Assembly (NCBI GenBank): GCA_020722885.1
Contig: DYJZ01000003.1
Location: 1-53,540 of the forward strand
DNA from: Thermoanaerobaculum aquaticum
Lineage (GTDB): Bacteria; Acidobacteriota; UBA4820
Reading direction: 5' to 3'
DNA: 53,540 nucleotides
In this document: one piece after another, positions 21,049 to 30,301 of the stretch
How positions within the stretch are numbered: position 1 is the first letter of the stretch
Layout: each line of letters opens with the position of its first letter
Program-made: the position numbers and the translations under genes
Notes under the pieces: generated by a model
Seen by the model: only the letters and a program-made list of their open reading frames with translations
The model's database searches: none
What the model was told of the DNA's origin: nothing

Positions 21049-21648
21049 CTAAAGCTCTTTCTTGTTAATAAAAACCTTTGCAGGCCTTAAAAGACCATCT
21101 TTAAAAAGATACCCCTTTTGAACAATTTTTGCAACTGTTCCGTCCTCATATCCATCAACGTAATCAAAACCTATCGATTCATGAAAATTGGGATCAAACA
21201 AAATTCCGCACTCATTTATTTCTTTCAGCCCCAGTTGCTCAAGGGCAGACTTAAAATCTTTGAGAGAGAGTTGAATCCCTTCAAGCCAATTTGGATCAAC
21301 ATTCCCTGAAACCGTTGCAAAAGCTCTCTCAATGTTGTCAAGAAAAGGAAGAATCTGCCGTAAAATCTCCATCTGAGACCGCTTCTCTTTTTCATTCCAT
21401 TCTTTTAAAATCCGCTTCCTGTAATTTTCAAAGTCTGCCCTTAACCTAAGCATCCTTTCTTCCGTATTTTTAAGTTTTTCATCTATTTCAAGGCAGGGAT
21501 TGTCCTCTTTTTGAGATTTTTCTTCAATAATCTTTTCAGGAACTTCATTAACATTGTGAACTTCATCGTGTTCAACAAACTCTATGGTAATATCGTCTGT
21601 AGGGGTAAATTCTTTGTTCCTGGTGTCTTTGTCGTTTCCTTCGCCCAA
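21049..21648 (-). CDS. grpE: Nucleotide exchange factor GrpE
   Basis: ADFENYRKR, FDPNFHE and KGY..LLRPAKV motifs. Confidence 0.95.
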   Translation of the reverse strand: MGEGNDKDTRNKEFTPTDDITIEFVEHDEVHNVNEVPEKIIEEKSQKEDNPCLEIDEKLKNTEERMLRLRADFENYRKRILKEWNEKEKRSQMEILRQILPFLDNIERAFATVSGNVDPNWLEGIQLSLKDFKSALEQLGLKEINECGILFDPNFHESIGFDYVDGYEDGTVAKIVQKGYLFKDGLLRPAKVFINKKEL

Positions 21649-21650
21649 GT

Positions 21651-22727
21651 TTACTCTCCTTTGACCAGGGTGGAGTTAATTGACGCTTTTCCGAGGAAAA
21701 AAGCTGACATTGAAAGATTTTTTAAAGCCTCATCATACTTTATTGCCTTCCCTCCTATCATACCAATGACTCCCTTTCCTGAGACAGGATCACCGTATAA
21801 GACCGAAACAATAGCTAAAGGAAGATAGTTGATAAAATGATTAAGTTCAGAGCCAAAAACTATTACACTCTCCCTTCCTTTCCCCATAATCTCATCAATT
21901 AGCCCAAGAAGTTTCTCTTTTTTTTCAATTGTTTCAAGAAAGACTTTTAAAGAATATGAATCCCTCACTATTTCCGGTATTTCCGTGATCCATTCAATTC
22001 CACTTATAAAAATATCAATTTCCATAGGAATTTCAAGAAGGGCTGGTGAAACTAAAGTCATAGCATCAGCCACCAATTCGGTAACTTTTCTTCTCGCATT
22101 TACAATCTGGTTATGGAGATGAACTTTAATCTCCCTGAATGTCCATCCTCTATAATTTTGCGTAAGGTTGTCACCAAAATATCTCAATTTTTCATAACTG
22201 TAATTCTGTTTTGCATTTATTACTTTTTCGTAAAGGCGCCCACTTGTGGAAAGACAGAGAACTACAACCCTGCCGCCTGAAAGAGGATGAAGTTCAATAG
22301 ATTCAAGCCTTGCGTCAAGCATTGAAGGTGCTGTTGCAAAAGCCACAAGTCTGTGTTTTTTAGAAATGTCTTCAGCAAAAGTCCTTGCAAGTTCTTTTAT
22401 GTCAGTATTATCTTTTACATTTTTGCCTATGCTATTTTTTATTTCAATTACAGACAACTCATTTACAGCCGTTTCAGCAAAATATTTGTAAGAAAGGTCG
22501 GTAGGAACTCTTCCCGAAGATATATGTTCCTTTTTCAAATACCCTTTTTTCTCAAGTTTAAACAAAATTGACCTTATTGTTGAAGAAGAAAGTTTTTCAT
22601 TGTAAACATTATCGAAATATGATGAAGGCACAGGCTTTTTAGTATCAATATACCTTCTTACCAGCAAAATCAGAATGTTACTTTCTCTTTTTGTAAGGCT
22701 AATTCCTTCTAACTCTTTTGCTTCCAT
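21651..22727 (-). CDS. hrcA: Heat-inducible repressor HrcA (divergent)
   Basis: SSSTIRS..LEKKGYL..HISSGRVPTD, and position upstream of grpE. Confidence 0.88.
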   Translation of the reverse strand: MEAKELEGISLTKRESNILILLVRRYIDTKKPVPSSYFDNVYNEKLSSSTIRSILFKLEKKGYLKKEHISSGRVPTDLSYKYFAETAVNELSVIEIKNSIGKNVKDNTDIKELARTFAEDISKKHRLVAFATAPSMLDARLESIELHPLSGGRVVVLCLSTSGRLYEKVINAKQNYSYEKLRYFGDNLTQNYRGWTFREIKVHLHNQIVNARRKVTELVADAMTLVSPALLEIPMEIDIFISGIEWITEIPEIVRDSYSLKVFLETIEKKEKLLGLIDEIMGKGRESVIVFGSELNHFINYLPLAIVSVLYGDPVSGKGVIGMIGGKAIKYDEALKNLSMSAFFLGKASINSTLVKGE

Positions 22728-22733
22728 TTAATT

Positions 22734-22762
22734 AGACTACCATTTTTTTATAAAGTCGTCAA
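22734..22762 (-). promoter_or_regulatory. sigma70 promoter of the hrcA operon, probably leaderless
   Basis: TTGACG-17-(TGg)TAGTCT, with only 6 nt to the ATG and no SD sequence. Confidence 0.6.
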
Positions 22763-22849
22763 TACCGGTTTCCATCCAATTCTTGCTTTTTTATTATTTA
22801 ACTTATTACCTGATGTATTACGCAGACTTGCCTTAAAAAATTGTACATT

Positions 22850-23359
22850 TTACACTCTCTTCATCCTGTAAATTTCCTCTTTCCTGTTCCCATTTTCAGA
22901 ATGAACCACTGTTATTTCAAGAAGATCTTTTGTTAGAAGTTTATAAGTGATTGTTTCATTTTGTTTATCTTCTTTACCAGCAAAAAGCGCACTCTTTTTG
23001 TCATATTCCTTGAGTATATAAATAGCAGTTTTATCTTTTTCTTCTAAAGCAAGTTTAATTCCATTGGTGAAATGACGTGTCCTCATTACCGTTTCTTCAC
23101 CTTCTTGTCCTATTAGCCTGACTTCGATCAGGGAACCAGAATTGGAAATTTCCCGACACATAGCCATCATTTCTCCACCGAGAAAACTAAAGTGCTCCTC
23201 TCGCAATTTATCTCCATAAGCCTTTACCCACTTGCCTTCAAGCCAGGATATTTTCTGGATAGGTTTTTCCTCGATAACTTTCTGTTCCATAGCGCTAATA
23301 ACAAAAAAGAAAACAAAAATCAGCAAAAAACAAAGTGTAGAAATTGAAATTCTTTTCAT
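22850..23359 (-). CDS. Secreted protein, DUF6265-like
   Basis: Signal peptide, ISWLEGKW..EE and final YRMKR pattern. Confidence 0.65.
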   Translation of the reverse strand: MKRISISTLCFLLIFVFFFVISAMEQKVIEEKPIQKISWLEGKWVKAYGDKLREEHFSFLGGEMMAMCREISNSGSLIEVRLIGQEGEETVMRTRHFTNGIKLALEEKDKTAIYILKEYDKKSALFAGKEDKQNETITYKLLTKDLLEITVVHSENGNRKEEIYRMKRV

Positions 23360-23372
23360 ATCCCCTCCATTT

Positions 23373-24404
23373 TTAATTTAAAATTAAAACTTTTGCACCT
23401 CTAATTTTTTTCTCTTTTATTTCTAAAAGCGCCTTCTTTGCATTTTCAAAAGAATAAATCTCTACTTCAGGTCTGATACCGTGTTTAAAAGCAAGCGAGA
23501 GAAATTCTTCAACATCCTTTCTTGTAACATTTGCAACGGTCTTTATCTCTTTTTCAAGCCAGAGATGGGAAGCATAATCAAGATTTAAAAGTTCTTCCTT
23601 GTCAATTTCCTCTTTTCTGATTGCATTTATAACCACTCTTCCACCACTTTCCAGATTTAATAAAGAAGAAATTATTGGTTTAAAGACGGGGGTAGTATCA
23701 ATTATTGCCTTCAGTTTTTGAGGGGATTCATCTCCTCCTATATCCCCTGCCCAGTTTGCTCCAAGTTCTAAGGCAAAGTTTCTCTCTGCCTTGCTTCTTG
23801 CAAAGACAAAAATAGGTGTATCGGGAAAAAGAATTTTTGTGATTTTTAAAACAATATGTGCTGAAGCACCAAAACCTGCAAAACCGAGCGGCTCCCCATT
23901 TTTTATTTTCGTTAGAATGAGAGAGCGATATCCTACAGCTCCCGCACAAAGCAATGGGGCAACATACTCGTCTTCAAACCCATCATTTATATTGTATGCA
24001 AAATCTGCTTTCGCCACAGTGTATTGGGCATAGCCGCCATTTATATCTCTCCCTGTTGCTTGAAAATCATTACAGAGATTTTCAAATCCGCTTTTGCAAT
24101 AACGACATTTCTGGCAGGCTGAACCTATCCAGGCAACCGCTGCTCTGTCTCCTATTTTGAATTTCGACACTTCTTTCCCGACATCTTCCACAACTCCCAC
24201 AATCTGATGGCCAGGTATAACAGGAAATGTGGCAGGAGGAGTTCTTCCTTCTATTTCGTCCAATTCAGTGTGACAGATGCCCGAAGCCTTTATTTTTATC
24301 AGAATTTCGTCCTCTTTTATTTTTGGGATATCAACCGTGCCCAATTCAAGAATTTCGTCATTTTCAACAATATTTCCACATCTTTTTAACAACCACGCCT
24401 GCAT
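23373..24404 (-). CDS. Zinc-dependent alcohol dehydrogenase family protein
   Basis: GICHTEL, PGHQIVG, structural Zn motif C..C..C...C, APLLCAG and GFGASA. Confidence 0.93.
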   Translation of the reverse strand: MQAWLLKRCGNIVENDEILELGTVDIPKIKEDEILIKIKASGICHTELDEIEGRTPPATFPVIPGHQIVGVVEDVGKEVSKFKIGDRAAVAWIGSACQKCRYCKSGFENLCNDFQATGRDINGGYAQYTVAKADFAYNINDGFEDEYVAPLLCAGAVGYRSLILTKIKNGEPLGFAGFGASAHIVLKITKILFPDTPIFVFARSKAERNFALELGANWAGDIGGDESPQKLKAIIDTTPVFKPIISSLLNLESGGRVVINAIRKEEIDKEELLNLDYASHLWLEKEIKTVANVTRKDVEEFLSLAFKHGIRPEVEIYSFENAKKALLEIKEKKIRGAKVLILN

Positions 24405-24454
24405 TTTTCTTACCCTGTAACATTTAAAAAAATCGAATTAATAAAAATTCCATA

Positions 24455-24907
24455 TTATTTTTTTGTTTCTTTTAGAATTTCAATTGAATGAGGAGTACCC
24501 CTTCTATCTTTTACTTTCGGGAATTCTATTCTTAGAACTCCTTTGGCAAAAGTGGCACTCCCCTTGTGAGTATTTATGGCTGCATCGATTTCAATCGTTC
24601 TTTTAAATTTTCCCCTCGATCTTTCAAGAAGGTGATAGCGAGAAGATTTCCTTTTTTTACTGTTTCTTAGCCCCTCAACAAGAATATGGGAACCAGAAGC
24701 GATGAGTCTAAGACTGTCAGGCTCACAACCAGGCAGATCAATTTCAATAATGACAGATTCGGGTGTTTCAAAAGCATCGTACAGTGGGGCGTATTCAATT
24801 TCAAAAGTGGAATCTTCAGATTGAAGACCCTCAAGCATCTCAAAAATTCTGTTCATTTCCGATTGGAGTCTCATAAGTTCAAGAACAGAAGTGAATGCTT
24901 TTCTCAT
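24455..24907 (-). CDS. Small heat-shock protein (Hsp20/alpha-crystallin)
   Basis: EIDLPG, LERSRGKFKR and ATFAKGVLRIEFPK motifs. Confidence 0.9.
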   Translation of the reverse strand: MRKAFTSVLELMRLQSEMNRIFEMLEGLQSEDSTFEIEYAPLYDAFETPESVIIEIDLPGCEPDSLRLIASGSHILVEGLRNSKKRKSSRYHLLERSRGKFKRTIEIDAAINTHKGSATFAKGVLRIEFPKVKDRRGTPHSIEILKETKK

Positions 24908-25380
24908 ACGGAATCAGCGCCCTTCTTTTCTTTTGAGGTCAGTTTTTTAACTTCCTCAATAAATTCGCTAATGTCGCCAAATCTTCTATAAACGCTTGCA
25001 AAACGAACATAGGCAACCTGATCCATTTCCTTCAATCTGTCCATTATTACATTTCCTATTTCACTTGTTGGTATCTCCCTGTCCGGGGAATTTTGAATTA
25101 ATCCTTCTATCTCATCGGCAATTTCTTCAAGTTTTATTGCAGATACAGGCCTTTTCTGGCATGCCTTGTAAAGCCCCTCAAGAAGTTTCTCTCTGGCAAA
25201 CTTTTCTCTCCTGCCATCTCTTTTAATTACCTGAAAAGGAATGGTGTCAATCCTTTCATAAGTTGTGAACCTTCGGTGACACTTCAGACATTCTCTTCTT
25301 CTTCTTACAACATTTCCCTGAATTGATTCTCTTGAATCAACAACTTTGTCTTCAAGATTTCCACAAAATGGACAGAGCAA
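24904..25380 (-). CDS. nrdR: Ribonucleotide reductase repressor
   Basis: CPFC..VVDSR..RRRREC..C..RFTTYE, ATP-cone and AYVRFASVY. TTG start with GGAGGTG RBS. Confidence 0.97.
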   Translation of the reverse strand: MLCPFCGNLEDKVVDSRESIQGNVVRRRRECLKCHRRFTTYERIDTIPFQVIKRDGRREKFAREKLLEGLYKACQKRPVSAIKLEEIADEIEGLIQNSPDREIPTSEIGNVIMDRLKEMDQVAYVRFASVYRRFGDISEFIEEVKKLTSKEKKGADSV

Positions 25381-25513
25381 GTTTCACCTCCCAGACTAAA
25401 GTTTACAACAAGAGAGAAAAAATAACAATTGCCTGTAAAGTCCCCTAACATACTGGACTTTAAGGGGTGAAACCATGAGGAGCTACAATGCCACTGCGAT
25501 CCCTTTTTTAACC

Positions 25514-25602
25514 TGTCATTGCATGTGCTCCACCTCCTGCGTCATTGCGAGCAGACGTAACCAGTCATTGCGAGCCTTCTCTAAAATTGTCTTTGCGAGC
25601 CC
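25514..25602 (+). repeat. Four tandem REP half-motifs (GTCATTGCGAG-like)
   Basis: GTCATTGCATG, GTCATTGCGAG twice and GTCTTTGCGAG, with short variable spacers. Confidence 0.75.
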
Positions 25603-25691
25603 TTCTTCTTTTTTATATTTCTTTAAGGAATAAAAATTATTATTGCTTTTGAAAAATTTTTATTAGATAATAGTTTTTGAGGTTTATGATT

Positions 25692-26339
25692 ATGTCTGTG
25701 AATGATCTTAAATTCAAGCATATTGCAGTTGAGGGGCCTGTTGGCGTTGGTAAAACAACTCTTGCAAGGCTTATTGCCAGAAAGACTGACTCCAGTCTTC
25801 TTGAAGAGGAGTCCATAAACCCATTTTTAAAAGATTTTTATCAGGGAAAAAGGGGAGCAGCATTTCAGTGTCAACTTTATTTTCTTTTGATGCGTCATCA
25901 GCAGATGTCTTCAATAATTCAGCCGTCACTTTTTGAAAAAGCCATAATTTCAGATTACATTGCCGAAAAAGAGATTATTTTTGCCCAACTTACCCTTGAT
26001 GAAAAAGAACTTTTCATTCACAGAAAACTTTACAATCTCTTGCTTGCTCCTTTACCTCGTCCACAGGCTGTGATTTATCTTCAGGCGACTACAGATGCCC
26101 TGAAAAAAAGAATTAAAAAGAGAAACAGGGAAACTGAAAGGAATATCTCGGATGACTACATTGAAAAACTCAATGAGGCTTACAACTACTTTTTCTTCCA
26201 CTACAAACAGACTCCTTTGCTCATAGTCAATGTCAATGATGTTGATTTTGAGAAAAAGCCTGACGAGTTAAATAGACTTATATCAATGATAAATTCTCTT
26301 GAGTATGGTGTTATGCTTTATAATCCTCTTGCATCCTGA
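25692..26339 (+). CDS. Deoxynucleoside kinase
   Basis: IAVEGPVGVGKTTLA, NPFLKDFY, AFQCQLYFL and IYLQA..RIKKRNR motifs. Confidence 0.92.
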   Translation: MSVNDLKFKHIAVEGPVGVGKTTLARLIARKTDSSLLEEESINPFLKDFYQGKRGAAFQCQLYFLLMRHQQMSSIIQPSLFEKAIISDYIAEKEIIFAQLTLDEKELFIHRKLYNLLLAPLPRPQAVIYLQATTDALKKRIKKRNRETERNISDDYIEKLNEAYNYFFFHYKQTPLLIVNVNDVDFEKKPDELNRLISMINSLEYGVMLYNPLAS

Positions 26340-26414
26340 AGGGAGCGGGAAGGAATGAAAGATTTTTTTAATTATTCTTCCCTCGACTTGAAATAGAGCG
26401 GGGAGAAGGGGGAA

Positions 26415-27275
26415 ATGATGTCCAAAGTAGTTCCCAATCAGTTAAAGAGTCTGAGCGTTCCTCTAATCAAAGAGAAAAAAAACAAAAATGAAAAGATTGT
26501 TATGGTAACGGCTTACGATTACCCTTCTGCAAATATAGGTGACGAATCAGGAGTCGACATAATTCTTGTTGGAGATTCACTGGGAATGGTTATCCAGGGA
26601 AATGAAGACACTCTTTCTGTTACACTCTCTGAGATAATTTACCATACTAAAATGGTTTCAAAAGCGGTGAGAAGAGCCCTTGTTGTGGCAGATATGCCTT
26701 TTTTAAGCTATCATACAGGAGTAAAGGAAGCTATAAAAAACTGCGGGATGTGTATCAAAGAAGGAAGAGCACAGGCTGTGAAGCTTGAAGGTGGCAGGAA
26801 GCGTGCTGATTTGATAAAAAGGATTGTTGACAGTGAGATTCCTGTAATGGGACATATAGGACTTACACCTCAGTCTATTCATAAACTTGGTGGTTTTAAG
26901 GTGCAGGGGAAAGATAAATCTTCCGCTGACAGACTGATTGAAGATGCAGTTGCTCTTGAAAAGGCGGATGTCTTTTCAATTGTTCTGGAGTGTATCCCTG
27001 CTGAAGTTTCAGAAATCATAACTAAAGAGGTTAAGGTTCCAACGATTGGAATTGGTTCTGGTCCTTACTGTGACGGACAGGTTCTTGTTTTTCATGATCT
27101 TCTGGGGATCAGCGACGATCCCCTCCCCCGCTTTGTAAAAAAATACAAAAACTTAAGAAAAGAAATTACTGAAGGAATTTCTTCCTTTGCTAACGAAGTA
27201 AAAAAGGGTACTTTCCCTAAAGATGAAAATTGTTATCACATAGTTGATACTTTGAATAAAGAAAGTGCAAAATGA
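26415..27275 (+). CDS. panB: Ketopantoate hydroxymethyltransferase
   Basis: TAYD, LVGDSLG, VKLEGG, GHIGLTPQ and DGQVLV motifs. Confidence 0.97.
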   Translation: MMSKVVPNQLKSLSVPLIKEKKNKNEKIVMVTAYDYPSANIGDESGVDIILVGDSLGMVIQGNEDTLSVTLSEIIYHTKMVSKAVRRALVVADMPFLSYHTGVKEAIKNCGMCIKEGRAQAVKLEGGRKRADLIKRIVDSEIPVMGHIGLTPQSIHKLGGFKVQGKDKSSADRLIEDAVALEKADVFSIVLECIPAEVSEIITKEVKVPTIGIGSGPYCDGQVLVFHDLLGISDDPLPRFVKKYKNLRKEITEGISSFANEVKKGTFPKDENCYHIVDTLNKESAK

Positions 27276-28120
27276 TAGTAGTTGAAACAGTAAAAGAAGT
27301 AAGAGAAATAATAAGAGAAAAAAAGAAAAGTGGCTTGAAGATAGGGTTTGTTCCTACAATGGGATGTCTCCATAGAGGACACGTATCTTTGCTTGATGTG
27401 GCTTCAAAGTTGTCGGATTATGTTGTTGTCTCAATTTTTGTGAACCCTATACAGTTCGGTCCAAATGAAGATTATGAAAAATATCCAAGAACATTTGAGC
27501 AGGACAAAATTATGTGTGAAAAACATAATGTTCATATGGTTTTTCATCCTTCTGTAAAGGAAATATATCCTGAAGGTTTTTCAACCTTTGTGGAAGTCGA
27601 GGGACAGATTGGAAAAGTTCTTTGTGGGGCAAAGAGAAAGGGGCACTTTCGCGGGGTTGCGACAATTGTGACAAAACTTTTTAATATTGTAGAACCAGAC
27701 ATTGCCATTTTCGGGCAAAAAGACGCCCAGCAGGCATTCATAATCAAGAAAATGGTCAAAGATATGAACATACCGATAGAAATAGTTGTTTCTGAAACGA
27801 TAAGAGAGAAAGACGGGCTTGCAATGTCAAGCCGTAACAACTATCTTTCGAAGGAGGAGAGGGCTGTAGCCCCCATCATCAAACAGGCTCTCGATGAGGC
27901 GTATTCAGCTTTTCTTAACAATGAAATAAAAGCCTCAAGTCTGAAAAAAATAGTTGAAAAAAAGATAAGTTCCTGCCCCCTTTTCAAAATAGATTATGTA
28001 GAAATTGTTGATACAGTAACATTCTTTCCAGTTGAAGAGGTAGTAAAACCTTCTTTACTTGCCGTTGCTGCTTATCTGGGAAAGACAAGATTGATTGACA
28101 ATGTTTTCTTAACAAAGTAA
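27272..28120 (+). CDS. panC: Pantoate-beta-alanine ligase
   Basis: VPTMG.LH.GH, FVNPIQF, FGQKD, GLAMSSRN and RLIDN motifs. Confidence 0.97.
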   Translation: MIVVETVKEVREIIREKKKSGLKIGFVPTMGCLHRGHVSLLDVASKLSDYVVVSIFVNPIQFGPNEDYEKYPRTFEQDKIMCEKHNVHMVFHPSVKEIYPEGFSTFVEVEGQIGKVLCGAKRKGHFRGVATIVTKLFNIVEPDIAIFGQKDAQQAFIIKKMVKDMNIPIEIVVSETIREKDGLAMSSRNNYLSKEERAVAPIIKQALDEAYSAFLNNEIKASSLKKIVEKKISSCPLFKIDYVEIVDTVTFFPVEEVVKPSLLAVAAYLGKTRLIDNVFLTK

Positions 28121-28141
28121 ATTACATTATGGAGTAAAACA

Positions 28142-28495
28142 ATGTTTATTGAAGTTTTAAAATCAAAGATTCACAGAGCCAAAGTTACCGATGCAAATCT
28201 TGAATATGAAGGTTCTTTTTCTATTGACAGAGAGGTTATGAGAAGTGCAAAAATTGCCCCCTTTGAGGCTGTTGAGATTTACAATGTGACAAACGGGTCA
28301 AGACTCAAAACCTATGCAATAGAAGGGAAAAAGGGGGAATTTTGTGCAAACGGAGCCGCCGCCCATTTAATAAAAAAGGGTGATATTGTTATTGTCTGTT
28401 CTTACGCCTTAATTGATAAGAAAAAAGCAAAAAAGCACAAGCCAGTCATTGTAAAAATGGATAAAAACAAAAATTCTCAAAAGAAAGGTCGCTGA
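28142..28495 (+). CDS. panD: Aspartate 1-decarboxylase
   Basis: KSKIHRA, YEGS self-cleavage site and NGAAAH. Confidence 0.96.
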   Translation: MFIEVLKSKIHRAKVTDANLEYEGSFSIDREVMRSAKIAPFEAVEIYNVTNGSRLKTYAIEGKKGEFCANGAAAHLIKKGDIVIVCSYALIDKKKAKKHKPVIVKMDKNKNSQKKGR

Positions 28496-28497
28496 AA

Positions 28498-30249
28498 ATG
28501 AAAAAAGTTTTAATTTGTTTGGTTGTATTTTTGTTAACTTTTTCCTTTTATGCAGATGTTAAAGACATTTCTGACATTGACAGAGCAATTGAAAATCTTC
28601 GAAATTTCAAGAAGCTGGAGGCACAAAGGAAAGCGCTTATGGTTAATGAGATGAGAACAATTGAAAAAGCAGGTTATCAACCAAAGCAAGATATTGATAT
28701 GCTTCATTATGATTTTGATTTAAAAATAGACCCATACCAGAAATTTGTTGGAGGCGTCGTAACTCTGACATTTTCACCTACAGCTTCCATAACTTCTCTA
28801 AACTTCAGACTTCATAAAAAACTAAATCTGTTTTCAGTGCTTCTTGATGGACAAAATGTTTCCTATTCAAGAAATAAAGATGATTTAAAGGTTTCGTTTC
28901 CTGCTGCTCTTAGCGAGGGTTTAACTTACAAAATTGCTATTGAATATGGTGGAACGCCTGAGGTGACGGGCTCTCTCGGTGGAGGGATGCTTCTATCCTC
29001 TCACGAAAATGTTCCTTCTGCGACAACTCTTTCGGAGCCCTTTGAAGCTTACGCATGGATCCCCATTATTGATGAGGTTTCTGACAAATTTACAGCAAAT
29101 ATTAACCTGACCGTTCCTTCTGATATGGTTGGTGCAACAAACGGCGTTCTTGTTGAAACATTGACCAACACTGACGGAACAAAAACTTACAAATGGGTGG
29201 AAAATTGCCCAATATCTGCATATCTTATTAGTGCAAATGTAACAAACTACGCATACTTTGAAGATAGCTACACTTCAATTGATGGAACAAAGACAATGCC
29301 TCTTTCATATTATGTATATCCCGAACATCTTTCGGATGCTCAGGTTTTCTTTAGTGATGTTCCTCAAATGATAGCCCTTTATGCAAATTATGTTGGAGAA
29401 TATCCCTTTATAAATGAAAAATACGGAATGGTAGAATTTCCCTGGGGCGGCGGTATGGAACACCAGACCCTTACGAGCATTGGAGAATACTTTGTAGGCT
29501 ACGATTATTACTACAACAATTTGATTTATGCCCATGAATTATCACACCAGTGGTTTGGAGATGAAGTGACCTTGGGCACATGGCATGACATATGGCTGAA
29601 CGAGGGCTTTGCAACATATTTTGAAATTTTGTGGATGGTTTATGAATACAGCAATTATGGACTTACAGTTAGCAATGTTTTAAACAATTACTACGATGAC
29701 CACAATGTGAACGGCTATATGAAGGGTTCTGTTTATGTTTATAATGAAGATAAACCCTTTAATGATACTGGAGCAGTTTACGATAAGGGAGCATGGGTTT
29801 TGCATATGCTTTCACATGTTATGGGAGAGGATAAATTCTGGAACGCCATAAAAACATACAGGCAGAGGTACTCCTTTTCAAATGCAGTAACTGCAGATTT
29901 TCAGAAAGTCTGTGAAGAGTCTTATGGTTCTTCACTGCAATGGTTTTTTGATGAGTGGGTATACACAAAGAAAAGACCTGTTTACTCCTATTCCTATTCG
30001 CAGGATGGAAACACTCTTAATTTGAGAATAACTCAAAAACAAAAACACAAAATTAAAGGAAGAACAGAAAAAAGGGATGTCTATATTATGCCTGTAGACA
30101 TTACGCTTTATTACGAAGACGGTACCTCTGAAACAGTAGTTGTAGAAAACGATGAGAGAGATCAGCAGTTTTCTATAACCGTTCCAAAGACTGTAACAAA
30201 TCTCGAATTTGACAAAGAAGGTTATATTTTGAAAGTCATTAAAAATTAA
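28498..30249 (+). CDS. Secreted M1-family zinc aminopeptidase
   Basis: Signal peptide, GGMEH, HELSHQWFG...WLNEG and YDKGA. Confidence 0.93.
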   Translation: MKKVLICLVVFLLTFSFYADVKDISDIDRAIENLRNFKKLEAQRKALMVNEMRTIEKAGYQPKQDIDMLHYDFDLKIDPYQKFVGGVVTLTFSPTASITSLNFRLHKKLNLFSVLLDGQNVSYSRNKDDLKVSFPAALSEGLTYKIAIEYGGTPEVTGSLGGGMLLSSHENVPSATTLSEPFEAYAWIPIIDEVSDKFTANINLTVPSDMVGATNGVLVETLTNTDGTKTYKWVENCPISAYLISANVTNYAYFEDSYTSIDGTKTMPLSYYVYPEHLSDAQVFFSDVPQMIALYANYVGEYPFINEKYGMVEFPWGGGMEHQTLTSIGEYFVGYDYYYNNLIYAHELSHQWFGDEVTLGTWHDIWLNEGFATYFEILWMVYEYSNYGLTVSNVLNNYYDDHNVNGYMKGSVYVYNEDKPFNDTGAVYDKGAWVLHMLSHVMGEDKFWNAIKTYRQRYSFSNAVTADFQKVCEESYGSSLQWFFDEWVYTKKRPVYSYSYSQDGNTLNLRITQKQKHKIKGRTEKRDVYIMPVDITLYYEDGTSETVVVENDERDQQFSITVPKTVTNLEFDKEGYILKVIKN

Positions 30250-30301
30250 CACTTGATTTTTTTGTTAGAATTGTTGTAGCCTTTATATGAGGAGAAAAAC
30301 T

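Noticed and set aside
25514-25602. Possible CRISPR array (also considered for the other repeat clusters)
   Set aside because: Repeats are only about 11 nt and degenerate, spacers are short and themselves recur elsewhere, and there are no cas genes.
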